A DNA stretch of 54,375 bases, filler included, from Bipalium vagum (taxonomy: Eukaryota): the NCBI GenBank assembly GCA_037834085.1. It is 2 parts of 2 records of this genome, joined end to end, with 100 filler letters (N's around TTAATTAATTAA, not from the genome) between each part and the next. Parts side by side here need not be neighbours in the genome. Positions count along the whole stretch, not along the records: positions 1 to 26,921 come from JBBMKC010117662.1; positions 27,022 to 54,375 come from JBBMKC010091509.1. One strand, 5' to 3'. The notes under the pieces are model-generated. The model did not search any database, was not told where the DNA came from, and was given only the letters and a program-made list of their open reading frames with translations. The position numbers were made by a program, and so were the translations under genes. Below, piece by piece: positions 20,836-32,780 of the stretch; the first letter of the stretch is position 1; every line of letters begins with the position of its first letter.

Positions 20836-22410
20836 GAAACCATATCACTCACCTGTCGTAATGGTAAAAGAGAAAGATGGATCGATACGAATGTAAATTG
20901 ATTATAGGATAGTAAATGAAGTTACGCGAAAGGAGACATATCCGATTCCAGTGATTGAGATGATGTTCGACAAGATCAAGAGGTCAACAATATTTACAAT
21001 GATGCATCTTCAGAAGGGTTATAATCAAATTTGGAGAGAAAAGAGAGTAAATATAATCGAGAAACCAGTGGATTAATTAATGGGGAGAAGAGCAACAAAA
21101 GGCTTTTGAATAATTAAAGTAGTTAATTCAAGAGAGACCCAGTTATGACAAAATCATTTCTACTAATGACGGATGCTAGTGAATATACAGTTGGAGCAGT
21201 GCTAGCACAAAAGTCAGAAGAATAGCGTACGGTAGTAGTGGTCTGAAAAACCATGAAATGAATTATGCGACAATTGAGAAGGAAGCATTGGCGATAGTGT
21301 TTGCGATGAAAGTGTTTAGGCACTATTTTTGGGGACGTAAAACTATTCTATTCACCGATCACAGTCCATTACAAGGTTATAAAAGAAAAGAGATACTGTT
21401 ATTAGATTGATTAGATGGGCATTGCTATTACAAGAGTATGATATCAAAGGAATTATTCCTGATGATTAGGTAAAGAATTGGGAAAAGTTAAGAGATAAAT
21501 TTAAAATAAAGAAAGGAGTATTATATTTTTTCAGAGGTGAAGTGGTAGCGTGTAAAGATAGAGAACGGTTAATAATGCAATACCACCATGGAGCACTTAG
21601 GAGTCATCTGTCAGCTAGGAAAAAGTTGTCGAGAATTACTTTTGGCCAAAGATGAAACATGGCATTAGAAATTGGTGTCAGTCATGTAAAATTTGTAAGG
21701 CACGAAGAGGAACAGGAGCCAGAACAAAAGTACCATTAAAACCAATTAAAATTCCTACAGTACCAATGGAAATGGTGAAAATGGACGTCGTAGGGCCGTT
21801 TTGAAGAAACATTATTAGGAAATAAATTCGTAATTGTTTTATGCGATTACTTTACCAAGTGGCCAGAAGCGTACCAGAGAAGAAACAAAAAGAAGCAACC
21901 ATGGCCAAATTTTTTGTCGAGGAAATCATTTTTAGGTTTGAGGCATCAGGAAAAATATTAACAGATAAGGGAACCAATTTTATGAGTGAATTGAAATATG
22001 CGTGGTATTTGGAATTTTTAATGCTATATAAGTCACCGTATAGGCCACAGAAAGACGGATTAGTTGAAAGATTCAATAGAATTCTACTCAAAATGCTGTA
22101 ATCGTGCACAAATACACAACAAACGGACCGGGATTTACAAATTCCATCGTGTTTATATGTGTATCGTAACGGAATACACCCAGTAACGAGAGAGACGCCG
22201 TTTTACCTAATGTATCTCAAAAATAATAATATGTCAATTGATATGTATTACGTCAAACCAACATTATAATAACTGGAAGAGGAGGATTATAAAATTGTGA
22301 TTCAAGAAAGACTGTAGAAAGCTTGATAAAAGACAGGACTCAATATAAAACATGGACAAGAGAAGTACAAGAAGCGTTATGACAAATCGGCAAAAGAACA
22401 CAATTTCAAA
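20835..22410 (+). mobile_element. Decayed Ty3/Gypsy pol (RT N-terminus, RNase H, integrase)
   Basis: RT: 'PYHSPVVMVKEKDGSIRM*IDYRIVNEVT..YPIP' and 'LQKGYNQI'. RNase H: 'LMTDASEYTVGAVLAQ', 'NYATIEKEALAIVFA', 'FTDH'. Integrase: 'CQSCKIC', 'MDVVGP', 'ILTDKGTNFMSE', 'SPYRPQKDGLVERFNR'. The RT-RH-IN order is Gypsy; the YxDD segment is deleted. Confidence 0.95.
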
Positions 22411-22621
22411 AACCCAGCCCATGATAATCAAGATCTTTAGCGGAACAGAAAAAGAGAGAAGATTCATAATGGGATCTAATCCCATAAATGGTCGAAGAGA
22501 CAACCATAATATAAGGAATTATAAAGATTTTACATAATCTTGATAATTCAGTAAAATCAATTTTTTTTATGAAACAGCAGATTTTTGAAATAAATAAATT
22601 TTAATAATTTTTTAGTTTATT

Positions 22622-23055
22622 ATGGAATTCAAGCAAGTTAAGATGGTGACCACACCAGCAGACCCGCTAGTGGAAAGACTTCTTCCAAAAATGTTGAACC
22701 GTTCAGATGATCAACCAATTATTTATCTATTTATCAACCAATGCCGCCGAATTTTCGATGTTTTGAAAAAGCCCAAGAAAATGCGAGAAGCTCTTATCTA
22801 TGCGATGATCGAAGAAGACATGATCGGGGAATATGAAAGGACAGAAATGTGACGGATGGATTCGACTCTCGATTACATCTAGCATTTGCCAAAGAAAAGG
22901 ATGTGGTTACAGAATGGGAAGAACGGGTACAATACCGACGTGGTTCAGAGAGCATTCAGACTTTTTCAAAAGGTCAAAATAGTGATGGAACACCAGCTAA
23001 CAGAATATGAGTTAGTTGCCAAAATGCTTTACGATCTTAGGTCTTACGATACATT
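22622..23055 (+). mobile_element. Possible retrotransposon gag (capsid) N-terminal relic
   Basis: 'LLPKMLN..DDQPIIYLFINQCRRIFDVLK..KMREALIYAMI' has a gag-like pattern (FI..C.R.F); stop and frameshift at 22852. Confidence 0.45.
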
Positions 23056-23058
23056 CAT

Positions 23059-23267
23059 TTACTCGAGCTCTCTGGAATCCGTTTCCTGGTAGATGTGATA
23101 TTCTACACCAGTCTGTTTCATTTTAGTTGGATATGCTTCTGTGCATTCCTCTGGATCCATTAGCGAATATATTTTACCAATCTTAGGTTTGTTACAATCG
23201 TAAGCTACTAAGGCATTGCCTCTGTCCAACATATTCATAAACATGAATATTCATTGGTAGCCACATA
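23059..23267 (-). pseudogene. Env-like glycoprotein N-terminal fragment (chuvirus-type GP signature)
   Basis: Frameshifted signal peptide (MWLPM../IFMFMNMLDRGNA) followed by LVAYDCNKPKIGKIYSLMDPEEC...YHIYQE. This fits the [AG]YDC-x8-[YI]SL-x-D-xxx-C start I recall from chuvirus-like class III fusion proteins. Truncated. Confidence 0.65.
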
Positions 23268-23773
23268 TTTGATGGCTATTCTTGCTCTGATCTCTGCTGC
23301 TTCCTTCTACGGCTCTCTAAGTTGCTCGTAGTCTGAATTATCTTCATTTCCTGTTTCTCTTGTATATTCACGTCTACGATTCCTTGGATCTGCTTCTCTT
23401 GATTTCTGTTGTCAGTCTGATTGCTCTTGCTTTGTGAGTAAAAATCCTTTCCATCCTTTATGTAATTTGAGCCATGGTTCAAAGAAATCATTTATCTTCT
23501 TGTTACCTTTCCTTACTAACAAATCTAGACTTTGTCACCCACCTTCTTTATTTATCTTTACTAACCTTATACCGACTAAAACTTTTTCTTTATCTGCTCC
23601 TTCTTCTACTAAGCATCCTAGAACCAAATCATCATTTATTAATCGGTTCATCTAAAAAATCTTCAACATGGAAATTTATTTACCTTTTTCATTTCTTCAA
23701 ATATGTCAAGAGTTAAGTTATCTCCATCCTCATTTAGCGGATCCATCAAGTTTATTAATTGTCTAATAATGTT

Positions 23774-24445
23774 TTAGTCATCCGTTGTTTTCATATCATA
23801 AAGTTCTTTTTCATGTTGCTTTCGATATTTCTCAGCCAGTTTTATCAGATAGCGTCTTCTCAAACTATCTCTAGTTTCTGCTCTGATACCGATAGGCCTA
23901 TGTAACTGTCTATCCATCCTTGGTCGACCAACCGGATTACTTCCGGGCATAGTCTGTCTGACCTTTGCTTGACTTGATTGTGCTACATCTGGTCTTATCT
24001 CTATTAGTTCATCCTGCATCATTACGTTGAGTTCCATGAATTCACTTGGTATTCCCACTTCATCTTCTTCACTTTCTACTGATATCACGTTATCAGGACC
24101 CTCTAATAGTTGACTTTGATTTTGTCTAGCAGAGACGAGTTCATCCTGCAATGTTATCTGTACATCTTGCAGTACTTCAGGTTGTCTTTGACTTATTCCG
24201 ATTGACCCTTGTACTAATTTGGGCTGCTCTGATTGTGCTAACTTTGCTTCTTCTTGTTCTAATACATTTGATGGGTTAGTCATCACTTCTGGGCGTTCAA
24301 GTTGTTGGCCTAACCAAAGAATTACTATTATCCACTGATTTCTCATATTCTCTTCTGCCATCTTTCTCAATTTCTTTACCTGAGTGCAGTAATGCAACTT
24401 AAGATCAAGTTCCTTACAATTCAGCATCCTAAATTTAACTTTCAA
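23774..24445 (-). CDS. 223-aa Q/E-rich accessory ORF of the LTR element, unknown function
   Basis: Longest open ORF in the window; lies between gag/protease and the env-like fragment on the same strand; acidic stretch, AT-hook-like 'PVGRPR', basic helical tail. Confidence 0.45.
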   Translation of the reverse strand: MKVKFRMLNCKELDLKLHYCTQVKKLRKMAEENMRNQWIIVILWLGQQLERPEVMTNPSNVLEQEEAKLAQSEQPKLVQGSIGISQRQPEVLQDVQITLQDELVSARQNQSQLLEGPDNVISVESEEDEVGIPSEFMELNVMMQDELIEIRPDVAQSSQAKVRQTMPGSNPVGRPRMDRQLHRPIGIRAETRDSLRRRYLIKLAEKYRKQHEKELYDMKTTDD

Positions 24446-24599
24446 TGGTCTGATGTCAATTTATTTCCGCTTGATGTGGTCCAAACTCCACCAAATATGG
24501 TTTAACTTCTTTTATTACCCTTTCTAACAATGGTGGTGAAATTGATATCTCCAAAATCTGACAAAACAACTATGAGATACTTTCATGTTCTCTAGATAC

Positions 24600-25520
24600 T
24601 TGTGCCATCGCTTCTTTCAATAAAGCAGGAAACCCCTCTGGTTAATCTGTATCCAAATCCACCATAGCTAACACCAACTCACTTTCTTTATTTACTTTTT
24701 TTCACCAAATCTTTTTCTCTAATTAATACACTTATATCTTCATTCTCATTTGTCATCATGGTTAACGTAACAAACATTAATCATTGATAATTGCTTCCTT
24801 AACTCTTCATTTTACGCTTTGAGCCTGTTCACTTCTCTATCCGACTCATCTCCTGATAATGCATTTATTTTTGCCTTACCACTGAAGGCTAACATTTTAA
24901 CAGGCTTAATTTCCTCACTTAGACATGATTTAGCTACATGTCCATACTGTTCGGACTTGAAACATTGAATTTTCCCATCAATGTTGATTACATCTCTTTG
25001 CGTTGGTTTCTTTGACCAGAAGTCAGTCTCCAAATGACACCTTTTATGACAACTTTTAGATACCTTGACTCGACAATCTTTAGCCTTACGACAACGAATC
25101 TGACAATTACTGCATGTAATATCTGAGTTATCACCTCTACTAGAATCTCTTTTCAATTCTGTACATTTAGAACACTTTCTCTCTGAAACTCCAGGCTGTT
25201 CCTTGTTACCTCTTCTAGATCTTTCTGGTCTTTTAATCATTTCATAAACTGTATTCCTTTCTAATCCACTCATATTCATTTCCATTTTTTTTGGTTTCTG
25301 GATTAACTCATCGTAATCTTTATATTCAATTAAACTGAGTGCTATCCGCAACTCCTGACTCATTCCGATCTAAAATTGATCTTCAATTAATCTCCTTATT
25401 TACCTCAACCATGTTCTCTTATACAAATGCACACTCCGCCAGTATTCCTAGCTGGTAGGCAAATTCACCAATCATGTAATCTCTTTTCTGCTTTCTCTGC
25501 TAAAACATCTGTCTGTTCAG
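24600..25520 (-). mobile_element. Decayed LTR-retrotransposon gag with multiple zinc knuckles and a protease remnant
   Basis: ORF 24812..25363 has four degenerate CX2CX4HX4C units (CSKC, CSNCQIRCRKAKDC, SCHKRCHLETDF, CFKSEQYGHVAKSC); 'VLAMVD' near 24660 sits where an aspartic protease motif is expected. Confidence 0.85.
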
Positions 25521-26660
25521 CTTTTCCAGGTTCCCTGGAATCAATCGACTTGTCAATTCAGCTAGTAATTAATTTTAAATTAATAATTAAAATACGTAAT
25601 TTTAAATCAGCCAGCGTATTACTTAAATTTTATTTACAGAAACTTATAAGATTGGAGTTGAACCTCAACAATTTTAATTAATTAAAGTGAATTTCATAAT
25701 TCACTTGCAATTTATTTTATTTGAGTTATAATAAACTCTGATAAATTTTGTTAAAATTTTAGTTATAATAAACTAAATGTTAAGATTTTTAAAAACAAAT
25801 TTTTATGATTTTTCTCTGGGTATTTATACTATTTTTCTTCTAGTTATATTCTTGTGTAGTTATTTTAAATAATAATATAAGATCAAGGCAATAATAATTT
25901 TTACTAAATATAATTACTTAAACAAATTTTTCAAAAAAGGACCTCCCATATTTTTTAAAACTAAATTATTTACTTAATAAAAATTTACTAACATTTATTT
26001 AAAATATTTTATTGAATATTTAAAAAAACCGTAACCTAATAATTTTTAAAAATTTTAAATTAAAAACATAATTAATAATTGTTAATTTAGGTGTAGGTCC
26101 TTATTTTAAAAAATTCAAGCAAACTAATTGTTCGAACCACTCCTTATGCTCCTCATGTGTGCTCCTTCAGGCTTCTCGTATTCAAGCTTTCTCCTGTCCA
26201 TCTATCAATCCAAGCGGATATGCCTTCAGGTTTACTTTTATTTTATTATTTATTATTATAAAAAATATTTTATCATAATATGTTTAAAAGTTTTATAAAA
26301 TAAAATTTTTTTTATCAAATAATGAAATGTTTTTTATCACATAATAAAATGTTTTTAGCCACATAAATGTTCACAAAAATAAAATTGTATAATGTTTTTT
26401 AACCACATAAACTAAAATGTTATCAAATAAAATGTCTCCACTATTTTAAAATCATAATATTTCATTGAAACTGTATTGACACTGACGGGACTGCTATATC
26501 TCCTTTTCTTTTTAATTTCCGATGCCCACAAGTCCATGATACGTGCAGAAAATTTTTGAGACCCATTCAGAGCCCACACTAGGAACAAAATATAATTAAT
26601 ATTTTTCTCTTTAATATTGAAATCTCCAATATTTCAATTTCTACGGTTATTTTATAAGAT

Positions 26661-26890
26661 TACAGGGGTTGACCAAAATAATGAAGACACCTAGTAAATC
26701 CACAAAATACATTTATTTTAATATGGTCCACCTTTTGCGGCAATTACAGTCTTAATTCTCATAGGTATTGATCCATACAGATTATGTTATTGTTGTGTAA
26801 TTTTATCCTATTCTTCTTTTAAAATTGTTAGTTTGTCTAAGTTCTCTAATTCATTCTCTTTATATATTTTTTTCAGTGACTCTCCTAGTG
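26661..26890 (-). mobile_element. Tc1-like 3' end with TIR
   Basis: TACAGGGGTTGACCAAAATAATGAAGACACC is a Tc1-type TIR; minus-strand C-terminus 'RIKTVIAAKGGPY'. Confidence 0.75.
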
Positions 26891-26921
26891 AGGTCTAATT
26901 TTTACAGTAATTTTATTATTA

Positions 26922-27021
26922 NNNNNNNNNNNNNNNNNNNNNNNNNNNNNNNNNNNNNNNNNNNNTTAATTAATTAANNNNNNNNNNNNNNNNNNNNNNN
27001 NNNNNNNNNNNNNNNNNNNNN
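26922..27021. other. Two 44-N gaps around TTAATTAATTAA
   Basis: N 26922-26965 and 26978-27021, flanked by ATT repeats. Confidence 0.95.
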
Positions 27022-27280
27022 TATTATTATTATTATTATTAATTTTATCATTATAATTATAATTTTATTGTTAATGCGAACCAAAAAATTCAACGGTAAC
27101 TGCTGAAAATTAGAATTGAATCTTGGTTGTGTATTTATACTTGTCATATTGTTGATCCGTGAATGTTGCAACAATTTTTTTCATGTTATAATATTATTCT
27201 TGACGATTCAAATAATGATTGCTAAAATAATTACGCTAAAGATTATTTAATATTATATTGGCATTCTTAATAATTTATTA

Positions 27281-28498
27281 TATGGGTTGTCCCGAAGGTT
27301 TTTTCTGCTTATGTTTAGTAATTTTACGAATTTATGAATGTAATAAATCTCAAACGCATATAATTTTTAATAGTATTCAGTAATTCTAACATTGTTTAAA
27401 TTTATTACTTCATTTAGCTTGTTTAAATCTGTTTGGCGGCTTTTCAAATGGATAATAAAAATGAAAATTTGTGGCATATTGTTCTATTTTACTTTAACAA
27501 AGGCAAAAATGCAGCACATGCGCATCGAAAAATATGCGAAGTACATGTCACTGATGCGATAACAGAGCGCACGTACCAGAATTGGTATAGGAAACTTCGT
27601 TCCGAAAATTTGACGATTACAGTAGTTATCCATTCTGGGAGGCCAATAGAAAGTACTGATTTTATTCAAAAAAAGATTTCATTGAAGTTAATCGACACGA
27701 AACAGTTCATGAAATGGCAGAGAAACTAAAAATATCCAAAAATGATGTTAGTAAACATTTATGAAAGCTGGGATACGTAAAGAAGCTCATATCTGGATTT
27801 CACATGAATTAACGGCAAATCACTTAATGAAAAGAATCAATATCTGCAAGATGCTGTTAAAGCCTGATCAGATCAATTCATTTTTGAAGGATCTCATCAA
27901 CGGTGATGAAAAAATGATTTCTTACAAAAATGTTCAGCGCCAGAAATCATGACCAGTGAGCCTCCTCAAACAACAACAAAAGCTGAAACTCACGAGAAAA
28001 ATGTTATGTTATCAGTCTGATGGGATTATAAGAGAATTTCATATTTCGAGCTCCTACTGAATAACAGTACCATCATTTCCGATGATTATTGTCAGTAACT
28101 GGATAAATTAAAAGATTCTATGCTGTAGATTCGGCCGAAATTAGCAAATTGTGGATGTTTTGTGTTCCACTATGACAATGCAAAAGCCTCACACTTCTTT
28201 GAAGAGTCGTCAAAAATTAGTGGAACATGGATGGGATTTGCTCTCAGATCTATCATATATTACTGACACTATCTGACTATTATTTCTTTCGTTTTCTACA
28301 CGAAAACCTTACCTCAGATTGTACCCGAAATCGTTTTTCGATCAAAAAAACCAGATGCTTTTTGAAAAGGGAATCATGTTATTGCAAATTGTCGATAATA
28401 GTGCAGACTATTCTATAGCATAAAGTTTTTCTGTGTGTTTAATTTTTTCCCTTTTTATTTCATAGTAAATTAGGAAAGAACTATCGGGCAACCAAGTA
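27281..28498 (+). mobile_element. Near full-length defective mariner (~1.2 kb)
   Basis: Imperfect TIRs (GGTTGTCCCGAAGGTT / AACTATCGGGCAACC) with TA flanks. HTH 'HIVLFYFNKGKNAAHAHRKICEV', 'WISHEL', 'INGDEK', 'FHYDNAK', 'LSDYYFFR'. Confidence 0.92.
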
Positions 28499-28789
28499 TA
28501 TTAATTATATTCCATTGTTGTCATTGTTGACAATGAGTAATATATTAAATATTTAAAAATAATTATTTATTATTATTATTATAATCATTATATTATTATT
28601 TTTGAATTTTTATACTGTGCGTAATTTAAATTTTTAATTTAGTGTAAATTTAATTTTGTATAGTTATTTTCAAATAATTTCATGGAAATGAATTTTGATA
28701 TTTAATTATAAAGACACTTTTTCAAATGTAAGATACTTTTTAAAATATAAGAATAATTTAATTATAATATTATTATTGTATCACAATAT

Positions 28790-29560
28790 CAGAGTCTTTA
28801 ATTTTCTTTTGAATAGAAATTCGGCAATATACTCATCCAATTTTTGTCTATTTCTATAAGAATTAAATCTTAGGAAATGTTTCAACTAATTGTGTATAGA
28901 CACCTGTTTGAGGATCTACAAAGTTTTCTGAATGATTAACAGTGAGATGTGTAATATCTTTATCTGGAAAAATATTTTGGTATGCTCGTCATCTATCAGT
29001 TATAAATAAAGTATCATCTTGAATATGATGAATAAGTGCATATCGCATACTGATTCGATCTTGTTTATTACCGCATCTTTGATATAGTATCTATTATTTC
29101 TAGAACCCATTTCTCTGGATTCACCCGTCGTCTATTGTATTTTCGTTTATTTATCAATGTCTTGTCAGCATGGACTATATGACTAGATCCACTTGAAGTG
29201 ATATTTAGTCCATTCATATGCTTCATAATGGAAGTTTTATATATCTTGTTTAAAGATATAACTGTAGGTTTTGATACGAGTACTTCTTCAACTGTCTCAG
29301 TAATAGTTATTTCATTTTACAAATTTGATGCAATTTTAATTATGATTTCAAACAACCTATATATATTTAAAAACAGAAATCAAAATATATCTTCAGGTCT
29401 TTAAACAAGCCATGCTTCTTAAAAGTGCAGGTTTTCTTACAAGTATTGGATATCAATTCCATATTATCAATGGATTTCCTCCGGCGAATTAGTGACATCG
29501 ATAAATTATAGACTGTATATAACATTAACGATTATATGAAACCCATGATCATTAATTCTT
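28790..29560 (-). mobile_element. Second Merlin (IS1595-like) transposase relic, different subfamily
   Basis: Minus-strand 'GSSHIVHADKTLINKRKYNRRRVNPEKWVL', 'LFITDR*RAYQNI..THLTVNHSENFVDPQTGVYTQLVETF', 'LDEYIAEFLFKRK'. Confidence 0.9.
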
Positions 29561-29949
29561 CAATTAATAGATCACCATTTAAGGATAAATTGAAATACAA
29601 AGATTTCCTGTTTAAAGAAACATTATGCATAAAAAATAGTCTTATATTTTAAGACGTGTCCTATATTTAACCTTAACCACCAAGAATTGAAAATTTGTTT
29701 AAGTATTATTATCTTAAAAAGGCATTCAAAAATATATCTTTAAAATGATGACTAACTTTGTTGATATTGCAGCTAACATTTTTATACTCAGAAAGTTTTT
29801 CCATTGCTATCTGCGTTACCAAGTTCATTAGTCAATATTTAAATAAAATAATTATAATAATAGCAACATGATTAATATTTTAAAGTGAAAAGTTAATAGT
29901 ATAAGAAAACCTGAAATCTCTGTTAAATATCGAATTATTATTAATATTA

Positions 29950-30200
29950 TCGAATTTTTATATTCATTAAATCTATTTATGTAATCATTAGGTTCGTTAT
30001 TTATCACTCTATAATATTTAGTATGTATTCCACTTTTGCAGGCATCGTCAAATGCAAATAAAAACATAAGTCGACTTTCTATACGTGTTAAATGAATTTT
30101 TTCAGACAATTACAGGGAATTGTATCACGTTTCTCTGTATGTAAACAAATTGTTCCTGAATTTATTGGTTGCATTGTCCACTAATAGCAAAATGTCGATT
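29950..30200 (-). mobile_element. pogo/Tigger DDE relic
   Basis: 'ILLLVDNA' followed, after a deletion, by 'QPINSGTI' (QPxDxGII). Confidence 0.6.
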
Positions 30201-31559
30201 ATTTATTCACTTTTTTCGAAAACAATGCCTCAGAACTGAAGTGGTGTTGTCTATAGAAGTCGTGCTGATGATATTGATGTCGATGGATTTCTTCACCGAT
30301 AACAATCTGGTTCGAAAATAGGTCAGGTAAATAGATAATATTTTCGTTATGAAATCAAGAAATATTTCTGAATAATAATAAAACTTAAAAATAGAAATGA
30401 AATTTGATAGAGTTTTCTCAATATTTATTTTTTTAAAAATAATTTTATTTATTAACAGAATTGAAGTTAAATTATCAAATTATTTTATTAAACATAAATA
30501 ATAAAAATAATACATTATATTGTTTTTAATGAAGAAATTTTTCATGATAAAGTTAAACAAAAAATAATTGAAGTGGTCATATTTTCCATAAATGAGGAAT
30601 TTTTAAATGAAAAAAAAACCCATTGATGTAGAAATGATACTCCGGTTTTGTAATTTATCAATTCTTACATCGTAAATATCAGCAAAATGATCAATTATGC
30701 CATTAATATGAGAAATAATGTTTATGCATTTTATGGTTGAATGACAATCTCAAATTGCAGTTTCCTTTGCAAAATTGACGAACTCTTTACACCTGATATC
30801 TCATCCGATCTCTCAAAGGCAGTGTATGGTATTTGCATTGAAATGTACCTGAATGAAAATTAACAAAATGCAATTGTAATTATTTGTATATGTTTGTTTT
30901 TATTAATTAATTATTCTATAAAATATACTACATTTCCGTGTATATGCTCTAATTGAGATCAAACAATTCCATAATAAATATAAAATAACATTTCATTAAC
31001 TTTACATGAATTTACTAATTAAAATATAATATCAACAAATAAATATCTCAGAAAATTGGTTTCACAATTATTATAATGTATTATTTTTATTATTTAGATT
31101 AATTTGAATAATTTAGAGGAAATAGGTTCGTTCTACAGGAAATAATAATAAGTCCCTAAGTCAGCAATTAGGAAAACGTGTGTGTAGTTTAACGACAGCT
31201 AATTATGAATTTAATTGACTAACTAGCCATATAATAAATAAATATAAATAAATAAGATATCTGTATATATTTTTAAAATAATTATTGTATAATAACAATA
31301 AAATATTAGGTGACCTAAAAGTTTCCACGGTTTTGGTCATCTTAATTTGAATTACAGACAATATATAAGTTTGAAATTCGATTTTAATACATGTATTAGT
31401 CAAATAAAATAATTATAAAAATTATATTAATATTATATTTGTTTATCCCAATTTAAAGATGTCGAAAAAATTTAAATTATAAAAGAAATAAGATGTATTA
31501 TAAGATTTTATTTAACGATTTTTTGATAATAATATTAATAATAAAATGTGTTGTTTATA

Positions 31560-31930
31560 GTTTTGATATAATATCAGAAAGAGCAGTGCGGGAGGGTTTG
31601 CAGCATTTCGCCAAACTAAATTTGAGCTGAAAGAGACAACTTCACGCAGATAAAGACAACAAAATCATAATCAAACAAGATCGTCACTAAGAACAGTTAA
31701 GACATTGCTGAAACTTAAAAGATTTTAAGCAGTCAAATTTCTTTTTGTGAATCTTTATTGAAAAGAAATAAACTTGAAATATTTCTTTAAAATATGATCA
31801 CCGGAGATCAAAAGTGGATGAAGTATGATACAAATGTGAGAAAAAGGTTATAGTTCAAAAAAGATGAAATTCTAAACACGATAACAAGGCCGAGAATTTC
31901 TTCAAATGAGTTGCAGAAATTCCTAATAAA
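31560..31930 (+). mobile_element. Mariner relic
   Basis: 'MITGDQKWMKYDTNVRKR' at ~31795-31850. Confidence 0.75.
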
Positions 31931-32329
31931 TAAAATTAATCTAAAAAGATCAATGTCAAAATATCAGTTTTTTAGGAAAATATTTAATGAAACAATACAA
32001 TCACCAAGTTAATAAATGTTTGATTAATTTGATGGATTTCGACATCATTAATTAATTACATTGGTTGTAAATAATTTAGAAATAAATAAATAATTAATAA
32101 AAATCAATCATTTTTAAAGGGTAAATAAATAAATTTGCTTTCATAATTTTTATAAATCAAATTTGTGCTACACAGCTTTATTTATACCAATATTAAGAAA
32201 ATAAATAAAATAATTATTTATTTGTATAATAAATTTCGCAGAAAGGCCTTTTATTTTATAAAAAGGAAAACGGTTTAAAAATGTTCTTTTTAATGCAAAA
32301 TAAATATTTCTATAACTCATCTCTGCCTT

Positions 32330-32780
32330 TCTAGAAAATTATCTATATCTCTATTAGAATAGTCTTGCTGTTGAGTTTCGTAAAATGACCAGAAAAATCC
32401 AAAAAAAAAATCTCTTGAACCAAAGTGACATGGCCCAATTTTTGTAAATAGCAAATAATTAATAATAATTAAAGTCTGATAGTGTCATGTCATTTGAATA
32501 TCGAGGATTAGGAATTTTGCAGTCCAATTTATGCACCTGGATTTTAATTGTATTTTGTATGACTTTCCTCTATGTTTAAGATTACCCTTTACATTATTTA
32601 AGATATAGATTTTTTATTTATCTTAACATGGCAGTTGATCGCATTATATTTTCCAGTGGAATTTTTTATCAGAGTACAATTAAAAATGTGGAAGTCCTTT
32701 GGTAATCCTTCAAAGAGAAAACAAAGTTTTATTTAGCGCATGTTACGCGTGATATTGAAATCCATTTGATGAATGTGTTC
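32330..32780 (-). mobile_element. Mariner 3' relic
   Basis: 'PNPRYSNDMTLSDF' corresponds to HPPYSPDLAPSDF. Confidence 0.5.

Noticed and set aside
26922-27021. Symmetric gaps around a palindromic 12-mer
   Set aside because: Most simply an assembly/scaffolding artefact in a microsatellite.
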